DNA of 63,233 bases, filler included, from Nemertoderma westbladi (Eukaryota > Animalia > Xenacoelomorpha), in assembly GCA_032718475.1 (NCBI GenBank). It is 4 parts of 4 records of this genome, joined end to end, with 100 filler letters (N's around TTAATTAATTAA, not from the genome) between each part and the next. Parts side by side here need not be neighbours in the genome. Positions count along the whole stretch, not along the records: positions 25,278 to 46,493 come from JAUCBJ010005685.1; positions 46,594 to 58,938 come from JAUCBJ010003466.1; 2 more parts are not named here. One strand, written 5' to 3'. Both the position numbers and the translations under genes were made by a program. The notes beneath the pieces are model-generated. The model worked only from the letters and a program-made list of their open reading frames with translations. It did not search any database and was not told where the DNA came from. Shown here one piece after another: positions 40,016 through 52,783 of the stretch (positions within the stretch are counted from its first letter, which is position 1; each line of letters starts with the position of its first letter).

Positions 40016-41109
40016 ATAATATTCATTATAAGGTAACCATTTCATCTCATCTCCATTGAACTTGATGACTTCTCCCACCTTTACCGCTTGACGGGCTTCG
40101 GTTCTAGCCATTTGACGTGTAAAGCTTTCTTGAGCCATCGTATTATTTAATATCGAATTATCGGTATATAAATTTCTCGGATTATTATCAGATTGGTATG
40201 GGATATCATTATCAACAGGCTTATTAATACCCTTAATAGGGTTTACTATTGGAGTTTCTACTTCACTAGCAGTATAGATGCGTGTAGGCTCCACACCTTG
40301 CGCATGAAATACTTCAGACCTAACGGGCTGACACATTATTACAGAGGGTGGTATTATACCCATTTGTATATTTACCAATTTATCGCGCTCGAGAGCGATA
40401 TTTTGCTGTACTTCTTGTAGCTCTAACTTACTCTCTCTTACTGTTCCCTTTAACAGTTGAACAGTCCCTTCTAATTATCAGACTTATTTAGAAGACTTTG
40501 TTATATTGTCTTCCAATTGCCCGAGCAATTCTTCCATCCCCCGTCATCCCTCCTCCATCCACTCTACCACAGATGTAGCCGGATGGCATATTGGGACGAC
40601 AGGGGATAGTCCATGTATTATCTCTTGCTCGGCGTCAATAACAGTCTGAGATTCTGGTAGCTGTCTACTAGACATAGGTAGTTTGGTACTGTGTAAAGGG
40701 AAATTAGAGGTAGGTTCTGGGAGCAAAGGGGTCTTTATTAAGGGAGTGGCTTCGCTAACAGGCCTAATTATTTCTGGCTCATCTACTATAGTAGGGAGTC
40801 TTTCTACTCTTATAATTTGGGCTGTTGGTTCTCTATTACTTAAGTCCACATTAGCTAGCTCCCTTCTCACCGCAGGGGGTAAGTTAGGCAACTTATGCCT
40901 GTGGGGCGCTGTTCTACGTCCGTTTGAATGAGATTTATTACCTTTACCCTCGGGATCAGTTGTATCACCTTCATCCAAGGAGGTAAATCCCTGTCTTCTG
41001 GGAGTAGATCGACTCAGTAGTTGCATCTGAGTAGCTGCCCTTTGTTTATTTAAGTAATCTTGTTTCGCCTGAAGGTTCTCCAACTCTAGTTGGACTGGCT
41101 CTTCAGATG

Positions 41110-41640
41110 CCCTCCGTTCTGCTTCTGCCACTGCCGCTGCTGCTGCCACTTTTCTTTCAGCTTCTGCCGCTTTTCTTTCAGCTTCTGCCGCTGCTGCTTT
41201 TCTTTCAGCTTCTGCCGCTGCCGCTGCCGCTGCCGCTGCTGCTGCCGCTGCCGCTGCTGCTGCCGCTGCCGCTGCCGCTGCCGCTGCCGCTGCCGCTGCC
41301 GCTGCCGCTGCCGCTGCCGCTGCCGCTGCCGCTGCCGCTGCCTCTGCCGCTGCCGCTGCCGCTGCGCTGCCGCTGCCGCTGCCGCTGCCGCTGCCGCTGC
41401 CGCTGCCGCTGCGCTGCCGCTGCCGCTGCCGCTGCTGCTGCCGCTGCCGCTGCCGCTTTTCTTTCAGCCTCTGCCACTGCCGCTTTTCTTTCAGCTTCTG
41501 CCGCTGCCGCTTTTCTTTCAGCCTCTGCCGCTGCCGCTTTTCTTTCAGCTTCTGCCGCTGCCGCTGCTGCTGCCACTTTTCTTTCAGCTTCTGCCGCTGC
41601 CGCTGCCTCTTTTCTTTCAGCCTCTGCCGCTGCCGCTGCT
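41110..41640 (-). repeat. (GCCGCT)n expansion encoding poly-Ala / AAAEAERK in gag
   Basis: Direct reading; frameshifted within the pure tract. Confidence 0.9.
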
Positions 41641-43027
41641 ACTTTCGGTCTTCTATCTGTTTTATCTTTATTTGTTCTTCTTTGTCCATTGCGATGAGAA
41701 TGCTTTCATCAAATTTAGCCTGCTCCGCGGCTAATATCTCCGCATCTAAAGAGTCCAAATAAATTTGGCTCCTTCACTATTGGGGTGAAGTCCAGCTAGA
41801 CGTCTCCTTAGCTATTTGTCACCTATAAATTGTTGATAATCCGACAGATAGATGTCAATAGCATCCTTCTTCTGAGGTTTTTCGGATACCGCCTCACCTT
41901 CCACATGAGAAAAGGTTGCATCGGTTGATTCTCCGTGGGTTATGCGTTCAGTTAGCTGAACCTTCCATTGTGTTGTTCCCTGGACTTTAGCATTCACTCG
42001 TTGGAACCAAGTCTTTACAGCCACCTGCAGCGACGTGTCTTGACTTCTCTTCGAGGCCTCTTCAAAGGCTGAAAGGATTAATCTGATCCTCAATATACGT
42101 TCTCTCAGTTGGTAAAGCAGCTCTCCCCTCTCTTGAGGTCCCTGTGGTTGTTGAAATAACTGTGTTTCTATTCGTTCCAAGGAGTTGAAGAATCCCTGGA
42201 CATATCCTGCTGCTGACTTCTTCCATACAGCGGGATCTCGGGTGTCCCTCACTACTCCCATTTGGTATAAGTCTTCCCAAGCAGCTTCCGATAAGTTAAA
42301 CGGGAGTCTGGGTCCGGGGAAGTTCCATTGAGTCTCTACAATAGACCTTAGTTCTTCCATCGGGTATCCGGCGTAACTGTCCCTGGTCGATCTCTTATTT
42401 CTCATCCAATCTGCTTGATGTTCTTCTACGGCTATAAGTACTCTAGTGAGTACTGCCCCCGGAAGAATTAGAAGTGGGTCTGGATAAACCGCTTCTTCCT
42501 TCCTTGTTCCGATCTCGGGCGTTAACTCTTCGGTGTCGGAACTAGAGTTACTACGCAGTTGAGAAAAAGTTCTCGGTTCGGGTACTGTTGTTGTTTTGCA
42601 GCCATCGCTTGGTCTCGCTTAACTTGGGCCCTAGTGCCGATAATAGACCTATGGTGCTTCACTAGCCTAGGGTCTGATACCACTACTGTAGGGATGACTT
42701 TTCTTACAGTAGGAGGGGACTTAGACTTTGGTCTGGGATGTTCCATAATTTGATCTGGGTCACAGATCGTTCTTTCCAAGAGACTATCTAACAGTGTTTG
42801 TTTTGTGTCAGACATAATTTATTTTACAGTTGAATGCCTACTACTATAATAACAGTTAAAGCAAGTCTAGGGGAAATCAGTATCAACTGTCAGTCTAGTA
42901 GTTGCCGATATCGCTACTCAATGTAACGTGGTATATATTTAATATTAGAATACCGGTATACACCTTATAGTATATATATCAGGATTATTTATTACAGTAC
43001 AGACTATGATCAATCACAGAATACCGG

Positions 43028-44204
43028 TGTAACAGCGGATTCAGTCCCCCGAAGAATCGGTCCCCCCGGACCGGATCTGCTAGCGGATTTAGTCCCCCCG
43101 GACCCAATCCGCTAGCAGATTTGGTCTCCTTAGGACCAAATCTGCTAGCGGATTGGGTCCTCGTTCGCGGATTTGGTCCCCCCACTGTTATTGCAATAAA
43201 TTCAAAATGCACTGCCAGACTGCTCCGTTCCCTTCCTCATTGTCAATGGTTACAGTACTGGCAGACCGGTTATTCAGTATGTATCGTTTATTGTTCTGGT
43301 TAGAAAACCTTGTCTGTGTAACCTTCTCCTCCCCAATTTCGTAGTACGATAAATTTATTGTAATGAGGTTATAGGCCTATTGTTTTAGCCTTTTTATTAT
43401 TAGAAAATATATCCTCCCTGCTCCCCACCTGCAAGCTAATAATATGAATGAACTGAACATGAATGAATATGAATAACTGTTACTCAGTTGGGTTTAGGTG
43501 TAACAGTTGAACTGAATATACACACCCCCCCCCCCCCCCCCCCCCCTCCGAAAATACTATCTGTAAAACCATTTATATTAGGCCTAGGTAATTAATTCAT
43601 TTAATTATTAATTAAACGAAATGACACCAACTGACCAATGACAAACCCAACCAAAGACACCTGACAACTCGAACTACAGTATGATTATTACTGTAATAGG
43701 GACAGTACAATATCTTCCTCCTCATCATGTAATCATCCCTCATCCATAATGAATCTATAATGTTGAAATTAGCCGCTTCCCTGAGTATAGTTCTCTTCCG
43801 CAACTTTGTTGAATTGACTGGATAGGCTATGTGTCATCTCCCGAAATATAATTATAGACGGCTTGATAAAGCTGCGTCCCATCGAAGTTGGCCATGATAG
43901 CCTACTGTACTGATGCGACTATATCAGTATATACAGATGTGGGAATTTAATTTAACGCAGTAGCTGGTAGCTACTGCAGTTTAATCAGTCTGCAGGTCTG
44001 ACCGATAATTTAATGCATAAGCTATGCTGCTATGTGCTATGTCAGTACCAGTACTGCTGCATTCAGCACTGTCTGACTGTACTGTAAAATTATAATTTAA
44101 GGGGGGACAGAATCCGCTAGCAGATTCGGTCCCACCGGACTCAATCCGCTAGCGGATCGGTCCCCCCGGACCATATCCGCGGGGGGACAGAATCCGCTGT
44201 TACA
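43028..44204. mobile_element. Ginger-like non-autonomous transposon
   Basis: TIR tgtaacagcggattc.gtcccc; CCGG on both sides (43024-43027, 44205-44208); subterminal ccgctagcggat repeats. Confidence 0.8.
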
Positions 44205-46689
44205 CCGGTATATAAGTTTAGCCTAATTTATATAAATATATAATAAGCTTACTATAAACACCGGTAATGTCAATTATTTAAAAATAACTGATTATCCGAA
44301 TTTTAGGAATTATTTCTCTTTACTTTATTACTGATATTAAGCAGCAGTTCAACTGATATTAACACCTAATTGATGTATAACAGGCCTACTATTTTATAAA
44401 TCTGATTGAGTTGATTTATAAATATCTATATATATACCCGTAATGGGTTTTGACAATATTTGAAATAAACGTTATTATTTCTGTGTAAGAAGTCACTACA
44501 CAGAGGCTGAACGCTCTCAGTGGAGTGCTACTTGTTAGACACTAATACTGACAGTAATTCTACTTAACTAAGTTACTTATCACTACAAATTACTTATGTA
44601 TCGGTTGAGAATACACAATCTCTAAATAAACAATAAACAAGTTACACGTACAATTTTTTAGGGTAATTTAACAAGAAATTTACGAACCAGACTGACAAGG
44701 AGTTAGAATTTCTGGTTCTTACAAACTGACAGGAAATTATGGTATTTGAAACCAATAAAGTAGTATTAAGTACGTTGTGTTGTCCAGATAAGGAAATGCT
44801 ACCGTCTGACGGCTTATAGTCTTACACTATAAGCACTACGTTATGTACCCGGAGTGTCCTATACCTAGAGGTTAATTATCGAAGCCAACCATCTAACAGA
44901 CCTATTAACCACGTTACAACACAAATATACTGCCTATGCACTAAATTATTTTCAGGAAAGCGCTGTACTCTAAACCCTAAATTAGGTACAAGCACTTATA
45001 CAACATATAACTAGCAGTTAAATATACGCGAACAGCCAAAAGAACCACGGTATCTGCTGGAATGACCGGAGCACAAAATCACCAGTCTGTCCTATGCCAA
45101 GCAGTCCTGAAGTAGTACCGGGGTTAATTTAACTATAACAGTATGCATAACAAGCATAATTACTGTAAAGAATAAACTTGGGGAGATGTAGGTTGCAAAT
45201 ACTTGCATAAACTCTGAATAATAAATATTACGCTACCCGTACAGACTATTCAAATAAAACACAGACCAAATGCTGGCAGACTACTGTCAAGCCTAAATAA
45301 ACCACAGTATATGCAATCTCCGAAATGGTTAGTTAGTAAGCGTTCTAACTACGTAGTACGACTTATTCTTTCGTGGGGGATTTACCTTACAGCACTGGAT
45401 GCCTCCACTTTCCTAACTAGCACTTTATCGGACAGACACTCTACATATACTGCAATCGCCTCAGACATAACAACAGTTAGACAATGTGACAGGATCAGGG
45501 ATCCGGACCGGGTTAATGCTCGTACGCGTCGTCGTAGGCTGATATCAGGTAACTTGGCCGAGGCTGTTAGAGAAAAATGTCTGGAGTTTGATGTTCCTTG
45601 CGTTCCAATATAAATGTGTAATAATAGCACGGTTAATGGCTGAATATGTTATGAATGATAAACCGGTAATGGCAATATATGATGACAGCATATAACAGCA
45701 CTTAGTGACGACGGTAAGACAATGTTGCCGGTCTGCACTGAAACTGATAACTGGGTAACTGAATGACAAACCGGTATGTAGGATATAATATATGATTACT
45801 TCACTCCTACGCTACCTTGGCCTGCTACCTAGTGGATGCTCTCCTTTGCCCTTATTGTGTTTCCCCTCTGTTGCTAGCCCATGCTAGCTGTGTCCCCTCC
45901 GAGGTGGTTTGACCTCTAACCTTCCTTTGTGTATGGCTTCGGGGATTGTACTGTCCCCCGATGTTGGTTTTTGATACGAGATTAATTATTGCTAATCTCG
46001 TATCTCCAACATATTGCTGAAAATGCCACTATCCCATTTTATGAGGGTAATGAGGCGGAATTGAATCCTCTTACAGACAACAATCTGGCCTACAAATTAT
46101 CTATACAATCTGAGCAGGCTTACACGCCTTCTGCTCAATATTACACTTACCGATAAATAAAACTGACAGAAATAAGTAAACCATATAAAGGAGTAAGGAG
46201 TGATCAATCCCTAATCCCCCAACAGCCTATAATATACAATATTTCACAATCAAATAATACTGGGTAAAGTACCGGTTCGGGTCAGGCCTACAGTTTACCG
46301 TCCGACCGGTACGTTTCGGTTTTATTGCCTACTCAGCAATAAAAGAAACAAAATCTATTAATGTTCGCGCTTTTAGACCTTTAGCTGTAGCAGTTTAACC
46401 TGCCAATTTAAATGTCTTTTTAATTATGAATCGACTTTAGCCCTTACCAATTACCTGGTGTACTGAAGTTACATCCGCCGAAGCCAGTCCGTGNNNNNNN
46501 NNNNNNNNNNNNNNNNNNNNNNNNNNNNNNNNNNNNNTTAATTAATTAANNNNNNNNNNNNNNNNNNNNNNNNNNNNNNNNNNNNNNNNNNNNATACTGT
46601 ATAACAACCTGTAAAACCCCTTATACAGTAAATAAGGTATTCTAAAACTGAAGCTAAGGACCTACACTTGATAAAAGGCTATGGGAAGA

Positions 46690-46945
46690 GCAGGTATTTT
46701 TTTAACTTTTTCTAGAAAATAAGTTTAGTTTTTGAATTTTTGATTTCTTGACTGAGAGAATCCAAATGACTGGGCCTTGAAAAGAGAGGGATTTGTGTGC
46801 AGAATCGAGACGGATCGGTGGAATATAACAATTGCAGGACGATGCAGCGCGGGTGTTATATGTGTGAATACTTGAGGTTTTATGGAACAAATGGGTGAGT
46901 GGGTGGGAAGGTTTGTGGAAGACGTCATGCATATAGACTAGACTA
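46690..46945 (-). mobile_element. L2/Crack-like LINE 3' fragment
   Basis: HTYNTRAASS...KSLSFQGPVIW, typical ORF2 C-terminus. Confidence 0.7.
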
Positions 46946-47689
46946 TAACCATTATTGAGTCCGCCAAACTATCTTCAGTAATGGATCGCACCACAAGTTC
47001 TGGCGGGACAAAAAGTGTTGGAAGGCGACACCCGCATGCATCTGTCTTATCTGTGGGGATGCGGCTACAGAGTTGGACCACGCGGTCCACTGCACAGGTC
47101 TTCCCTCTCTCCCAAACATCCTTAAAAAGGCGCTGGCCCTTTACATCTCGAAACGCCCTGGCTAACTCATCATTTTTAACATGTTTTAATAGTCTGAATT
47201 AATTTTTATCTATTTATTCTTAGTTTTACTGTAAATTATGTACGTTTTATTGCTCCAAAATGGTTTGGATTAAAGAAACAATATTCATTAAATATAATAT
47301 AATAGCCTCGCGCAGGTGCATATAACCATGCAAAATTTGAACGCCCGTATCTCAGCTATTTTTCAACGAAATTCAAATTGTGTTACATATTTGGAATCCT
47401 TGCAGGGCCAGCTTTCCATTGGTACAAAAACAAACAGCTATACAAGGTAGAAGAATTACTGCGGTGTAACTGGTGTAATATCTCTGGAGACACTTTTTTT
47501 AAACGCATGTAACTAAAGATTGAAAGCAAAAATAAAAATTCTGGCTCACCCAGTCAGTGGTCGGGAGGTGAAATTATCTCTGTTTCAAATTTCATGCGAT
47601 TTCATTACGATTTGTAAAAAAAATTAGGGGGGGGGGGGCGTGTCACTGAATTACGACACTATATTCTGGGACATGGTGTACAGTAGTAC

Positions 47690-48085
47690 AGACTGACAGT
47701 AAGACCGACAGACAGACAGACTAGATTTATGTAAACGTGTAAACTGACATCAGAAATGAAATCAGCAACCCTTAAAACCCCCATAGCGGGAATGTTGGTT
47801 AGTAAGTATACTTTCTTAAGTTTTGACAGACTGACTGACAGAAAGACCGACAGCCAGACAGACTAGATTTATTAAACGTGAAAACTGACATCTGAAATGA
47901 AATCAGCACCCATTAAAACTCCCATAACGAGAATGTTAGTTAGTTTGTATTCTTTTTTAAGTTTTGACAGACTGACTGACTGACAGAAAGACCGACAAAC
48001 AGACAGACTAGATTTATGTAAACCTGAAAACTGACATCAGAAATGAAATCAGCACCCCTTAAAAACCTCCATAGCGAGAATGTTA
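47690..48085. repeat. About three tandem ~135-150-bp units with GACA microsatellite (HINE-like core; single copy at ~4695-4800)
   Basis: gaccgacagacagacagactagattt...aaactgacatc.gaaatgaaatcagc repeated. Confidence 0.75.
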
Positions 48086-48251
48086 GCGACAAGTTTTATT
48101 CGTAAGATATATTTTAAAACATTTATTTATTAATAATGCAATAACTGAATAACCAGATAAAGGAAAGACAAACCGAATTGAAACTTTTAATTACTAATAA
48201 TAATTGTGGTGAGAGGTGATTGGAAATCCAGGATATATGTTATGTTATGGT

Positions 48252-49371
48252 TAAGGTGACCAGATTCACAGAGTGCCAAAGCGGGACACCTAAACTGAGC
48301 CCAGTTTGGTCTGAAGAAAAGTCAGTTTATCACCCAGTGAAAAACATTTCGTCCCTTTCATTTTCAAACAACCTAAATGACAAAATTGACCCTATTTATA
48401 ATAGTAAAATGTGTTATATAGGTTGTTTTAAAAAAACATTTCTTTATAATGCGGTCTATGCAAAACTGGCATATAGGTGGTTTTAAAACGTTAAATATCT
48501 CAGTTATATGTGGGAGTATTCTATGTGTGTTAATCGGATTCAGAATACATTTTAACATAAACAAATGCAGCAATCTCCATTTCGGCAAAAATCGCATATA
48601 GGTGGTTTCAAAATGAAAGGGGCGATTTATGACTCGGGTGAAAAACGCGCCAGGAATGTGTCAGAACTCTGAACACATGTAGTTAGATTCCTTATAAATA
48701 TTATCGAAAGCTATCATTTTGATCCAGATTCACTCTTGGCATATCTCGCCCAATCGTAATAATCAATTAAGGGAAAGGATCATGTTATAGTGGCATGTTA
48801 TTCTAATCAAAACAATCACCGAAAGGTTAAACATTTAAATATTTTTCACCCGGGTGATAAACATTAAAAAATGGCAATAATAGGCCGCAATCAGCCACCG
48901 CACCATTCGGTTTGAACTGTCAAAGGAAAATGAAACAAATGAAGCTTTTTCGATATCTTTAAACATAAGTTCATCTGTAAACGGTAATATGCAGTCAATC
49001 AAAATCGCTACGCATTTCGTACGCGCACAGGAACTTAATCATGAAAAAACCGTAGGCCTACAACAATTATAATATACTGCATAAATGGTTTTAGTTTCGA
49101 TTTCAGTCAGGCCGTACAGGTACAGTAGTATTGGTGGGTGAACTTAACAGCTGCAGTGCAGTGCGGCAGATCAGTCATTTCAAATTTCCATACCATAAGG
49201 TTTAGTTCAGTTTAGAGTTAAAATACTAATATTCAACATTTCACTAGAAAAGCAGGATCGTTTCAGCCAAGGCGGGACAATCGGGCGTCCCGCCAGGCAG
49301 CTCAGGGGACAATGTGACAGGGACTACAAAGCGGGACTGTCCCGCCGAAAGCGGGACGTCTGGTCACCTTA
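48252..49371. mobile_element. hAT non-autonomous element
   Basis: TIR TAAGGTGACCAGA; 8-bp TSD GTTATGGT (48244-48251, 49372-49379); gcgggac subterminal repeats. Confidence 0.9.
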
Positions 49372-50080
49372 GTTATGGTAGGCACAGGCAAATTAATTGA
49401 TGTCTGTTGAGATGTATTGAAGGAGCACTATGTATTCCTTCTACTAGACTACTACAGTTAGGCCATGTCCTTGTGTGCTAGCCTAGGCACTGGCTTGGTC
49501 AATGACTTTAGCTTGCCAGGTTAGTAATGTACAACTTCAAGAAATATTATTGGGCACGGCTGCTGCCCTTGCCATGCCTTAGGCTCTATGGGGGAGAATG
49601 GGGCCCATGTAAAGAATACCAGACTTTCTACCGTTATATTTCACTTTGCAGTTACCCCCATGTGAAGAATACCAGGTTTTCACCAAAAACACAGGTTACA
49701 GGAGGGCTGAATCTCACCAAAACAATAAACGAATTAGTATATGTACAGGTTATAAGACAGAAATAAGCGTTATAAAACACTTAATAAAGATAAATTAAAA
49801 AAAATAAAAAATCTTCATATATAAAATTCCAATAAAAAGTCGACCGAAAAGTAAAATCCTGGTATTCTTCACATGGGCGGAGAATGGAATCAGCTTATGA
49901 ATTTACAATGTTAATTATGTTTAAATCAATGAAAAATACATTTATTAACGCAAATCACTTGAAAAAATAAAAAACTATAATGGAATGGGGTACATGGATT
50001 CCAGATATCTAATTTCTGTGCAAAATAACTTTAATCGTATGGCGCTAAATTAATAATTTCAATGGAGAGACCGTTCAAAA

Positions 50081-50904
50081 TGACTCAACCATACAATTTA
50101 GCTGAAGATATTAATTTAGATTATGGCTTCCGACATTTATGGCTTCCGACACACACACACACACACACACAGACTTTTGAAAAACGGCCATAGTATAATT
50201 ATATCAGTTCGATGATGGCTCGCCATTCGTGTCTCGCCCCACATTGATATTGGGAACAGAAAAACAATAATTTATTTCACTCTTTCAACAAAACCAGAGA
50301 GACTCATAGCTGCAGTGAATATTAACATCCCGACGTTACTTTAGTAATAATATTAATGTCATTAAACCCGATACCTAAACACACACACACCTCCAGTCAG
50401 CCAGTTAAATGGAGAGTGAGTGAATGGATAGGGAATTAATGCTATCCTACCAGCAGCAGTCTGCCTCTAACAAGCCAGGACATTCTCAGCGTTGCTAAGA
50501 CACAGGAAGGAATTACTCCGTATTGACTGTCATTAGGCAGTTAGGGCCTGCATGTGAATTAATTGATAAAAATGCAATGTTTAATTGTAAATCAATAAAT
50601 AACTATAAAACTTGACATTAATCTCGAGTATAAAGTAAAGACTTTAATAGAATGGGACACGGCGAATCTACCCATGTTAATTTTATACCAGATGGGATAA
50701 ATGTTACCCCCCTAAATAATTAATTACCGATAGAAGAATCGAAATAATTCGATGACTCAACCATACAATTTAGCTGAAGATATTAATTTAGATTATGGCT
50801 TCCGACATTTATGGCTTCCGACACACACAGAGACATTTGAAAAACGGCCATAGTATAATTATATCAGTTCGCTGATGGCTCGCCATTCGTGTCTCGCCCC
50901 ACAT
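50081..50904 (-). repeat. Two ~160-bp direct repeats (50081-50244, 50753-50904) ending in a HINE-type terminus
   Basis: Both end tggctcgccattcgtgtctcgccccaca; the reverse complement resembles the 8280/11052 start tgtggggcgagccacgaa. Confidence 0.7.
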
Positions 50905-51218
50905 TCCTAATCCAAGCCAGCATCAAAGTTGATAAAACTGCTAAAGTAACACTCTTGTGTCAGTCAGTGCACAGCTGGTAGTGTAAGTTGTCCCAAAGGA
51001 AACGTTTAATTTGGATATTAATTTTACTCCCTAGTTACTTTGATATTTTGTAAACAGATTTTCTCAAACGCGATTCACGTAATTAAATTAGCACCGGTTG
51101 CCATATAATGTGACTTCGCTATAATAATATACAGTATATCATCGCTTTTCACTTTCATCCATCATAACTTTCTTTCTAGGATTGGTTTAAAGTTTTATAG
51201 CTAAGCGCTAAGCCCCCC

Positions 51219-52099
51219 GGATAGTACTAGATTGTGACAACAGTCGAAAACAGGCGAAAACAGTTGGAATGTAGGGAAAACAGACGAAAACAGTTAGATC
51301 GTTTAAAAATAATCATCCGTGCATCCAGGTGAAAATATATATTGAAGTTAACTAGGTGAAATAATAGATTTAAAATTTAGTGGCATTTATAATGTCGCTA
51401 ACTTAAGATGACGTTCTACCCATAACCCATGTACAACTGTACAGGTAGGCCTACAATAGCACTGATTACCCGTTGCATGATAATCGATTACTCCAGTACT
51501 GCAGTAAGCCTACAGAGTAGAGTATTCCGTGAGTCTATTGTACCGGCACCCGTACCGGCACCGATAGAAGAAGGTGTTGAAGTACGAAGTTCCGGTATCT
51601 TCGCTTCCAGCGGTTTCGCCATTATCAGAACAAACAAAATTATTTAATGCTAAAAATGAAATAGGCCTGTGCTATGTATTTTACGTACCTAGGTATCGTT
51701 ATTACAGACATGGAGTTCAGACTTAGGTCTACAGTACTAGCTAACTACTACTGTATAATAATCAATAAAGTGCATCTCTGCAATAATAATAAATTCAATA
51801 CGGTACTTCCCAACCGGTACGGACACAGTAACTACAACAGGTACCGGTACGGCAGTACGGGCACTGATATGAGCAGTGTTATTGTACATGGGTACGTCAT
51901 CTTAAGTTAGCGACATTATAAATGCCACTAAACTTTAAATCTATTATTACATCTAGTTAACTTCAATATCTATTTTCACCTGGATGCATGGATGATTATT
52001 TTTAAACGATCTACCTGTATTCGACAGTTTTCCCTAAATTCCAACTGTTTTCGCTTGTTTTCGCCTGTTTTCGACTGTTGTCACAATCTAGTACTATCC
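51219..52099. mobile_element. Mutator (MuDR)-like MITE with ~220-bp TIRs
   Basis: 51219-51437 is inverted at 51882-52099; 9-bp TSD aagcccccc / aagccaccc. Confidence 0.85.
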
Positions 52100-52783
52100 A
52101 AGCCACCCCCCCCCCCCCCCCCCCCCCCTCACACGGAGCAACTGTGACCGAAACCTCTGTCAGCTGTCTGCAACTTGTTGGTGTACTTCGCTTCCCACAC
52201 GACGAGTCACTTGTTACACAAGAATAACAATTATTTTCAAAGTATTTATTTTTTAAAGTATCAAATCCAATATTAGCTAAAAATAAAATACAGTAAAATG
52301 GGATGAAACTAAAGCGAAATTGCCCAAAGGTCCGCATCTAATACCGCAAGGAACACTGTCTCATCATTAATTTGTATGATACCAACCTGAGCTTTCAAGT
52401 TTCAATAAGCCACTCATTCATTCAGCTTAGCAAATTAGTAGAAAAGGGTAGGCCTACACTTTATTTCTATCAATTAAAAACTTAGTTTTTAATTAACATA
52501 AATATCTTAAACTAATTAAATATTTTGTAGAATGGAATAAAAGTTGTAAAATATGTTTCAGCTAGCAGTTAAACACGTAAACTTAGGCATAAATCAGGCT
52601 TTTGTTGCGCAATGCAACTTATTTCCGACCCTCTCACAAGGACTTTTTTGCTTCAAAAACCAAGTTGCAGCAACAAAAGTTGCAGTGAGGTGGCCCAACT
52701 GGTTTTAACATGCAAATATAACTGCGTTTGGTCTATTAAACAGATTTTGTGAACTTGTCAAGTTTTGTTCTACATACTATATA

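Larger units (their letters stand above)
33984..42815 (-). pseudogene. Fragmented BEL gag-pol
   Basis: Gag KFNGDEMKW..KLRFL; knuckle LCYNCLRRGH; protease NALLDSS; RT VRVVFDGS..DIEGMFLQV..YMDD; RNase H QLHVFGD; integrase H..H..CxxC, GVDLFGP, RSDKGTNF, PWWGGSWERL; many stops and frameshifts. Confidence 0.92.
33517..46493 (-). mobile_element. BEL/Pao element 2, near full length and decayed (3' LTR 33517-~33910 internally deleted; 5' LTR from 46362 into the gap)
   Basis: Matching LTR termini at 33517 and 46362; gag-PR-RT-RNaseH-IN order on the minus strand. Confidence 0.9.
33385..47680. mobile_element. Tc1/mariner-like MITE apparently split by BEL element 2
   Basis: TIR tacaccatgtcccgtaatatagtgtc (33385) and gacactatattctgggacatggtgta (47655-47680) with matching subterminal arms; an assembly gap intervenes. 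Confidence 0.5.

Noticed and set aside
41090-41734. Plus-strand (CR)n and (LP)n ORFs
   Set aside because: Antisense shadows of the hexamer repeat in gag.
45996-46011. Minus-strand TGTTGGAGATACGAG as a degenerate tRNA-Ala PBS
   Set aside because: About 350 bp from the LTR terminus defined by the 33517/46362 match, lacks the leading TGG, and is one arm of a local hairpin.
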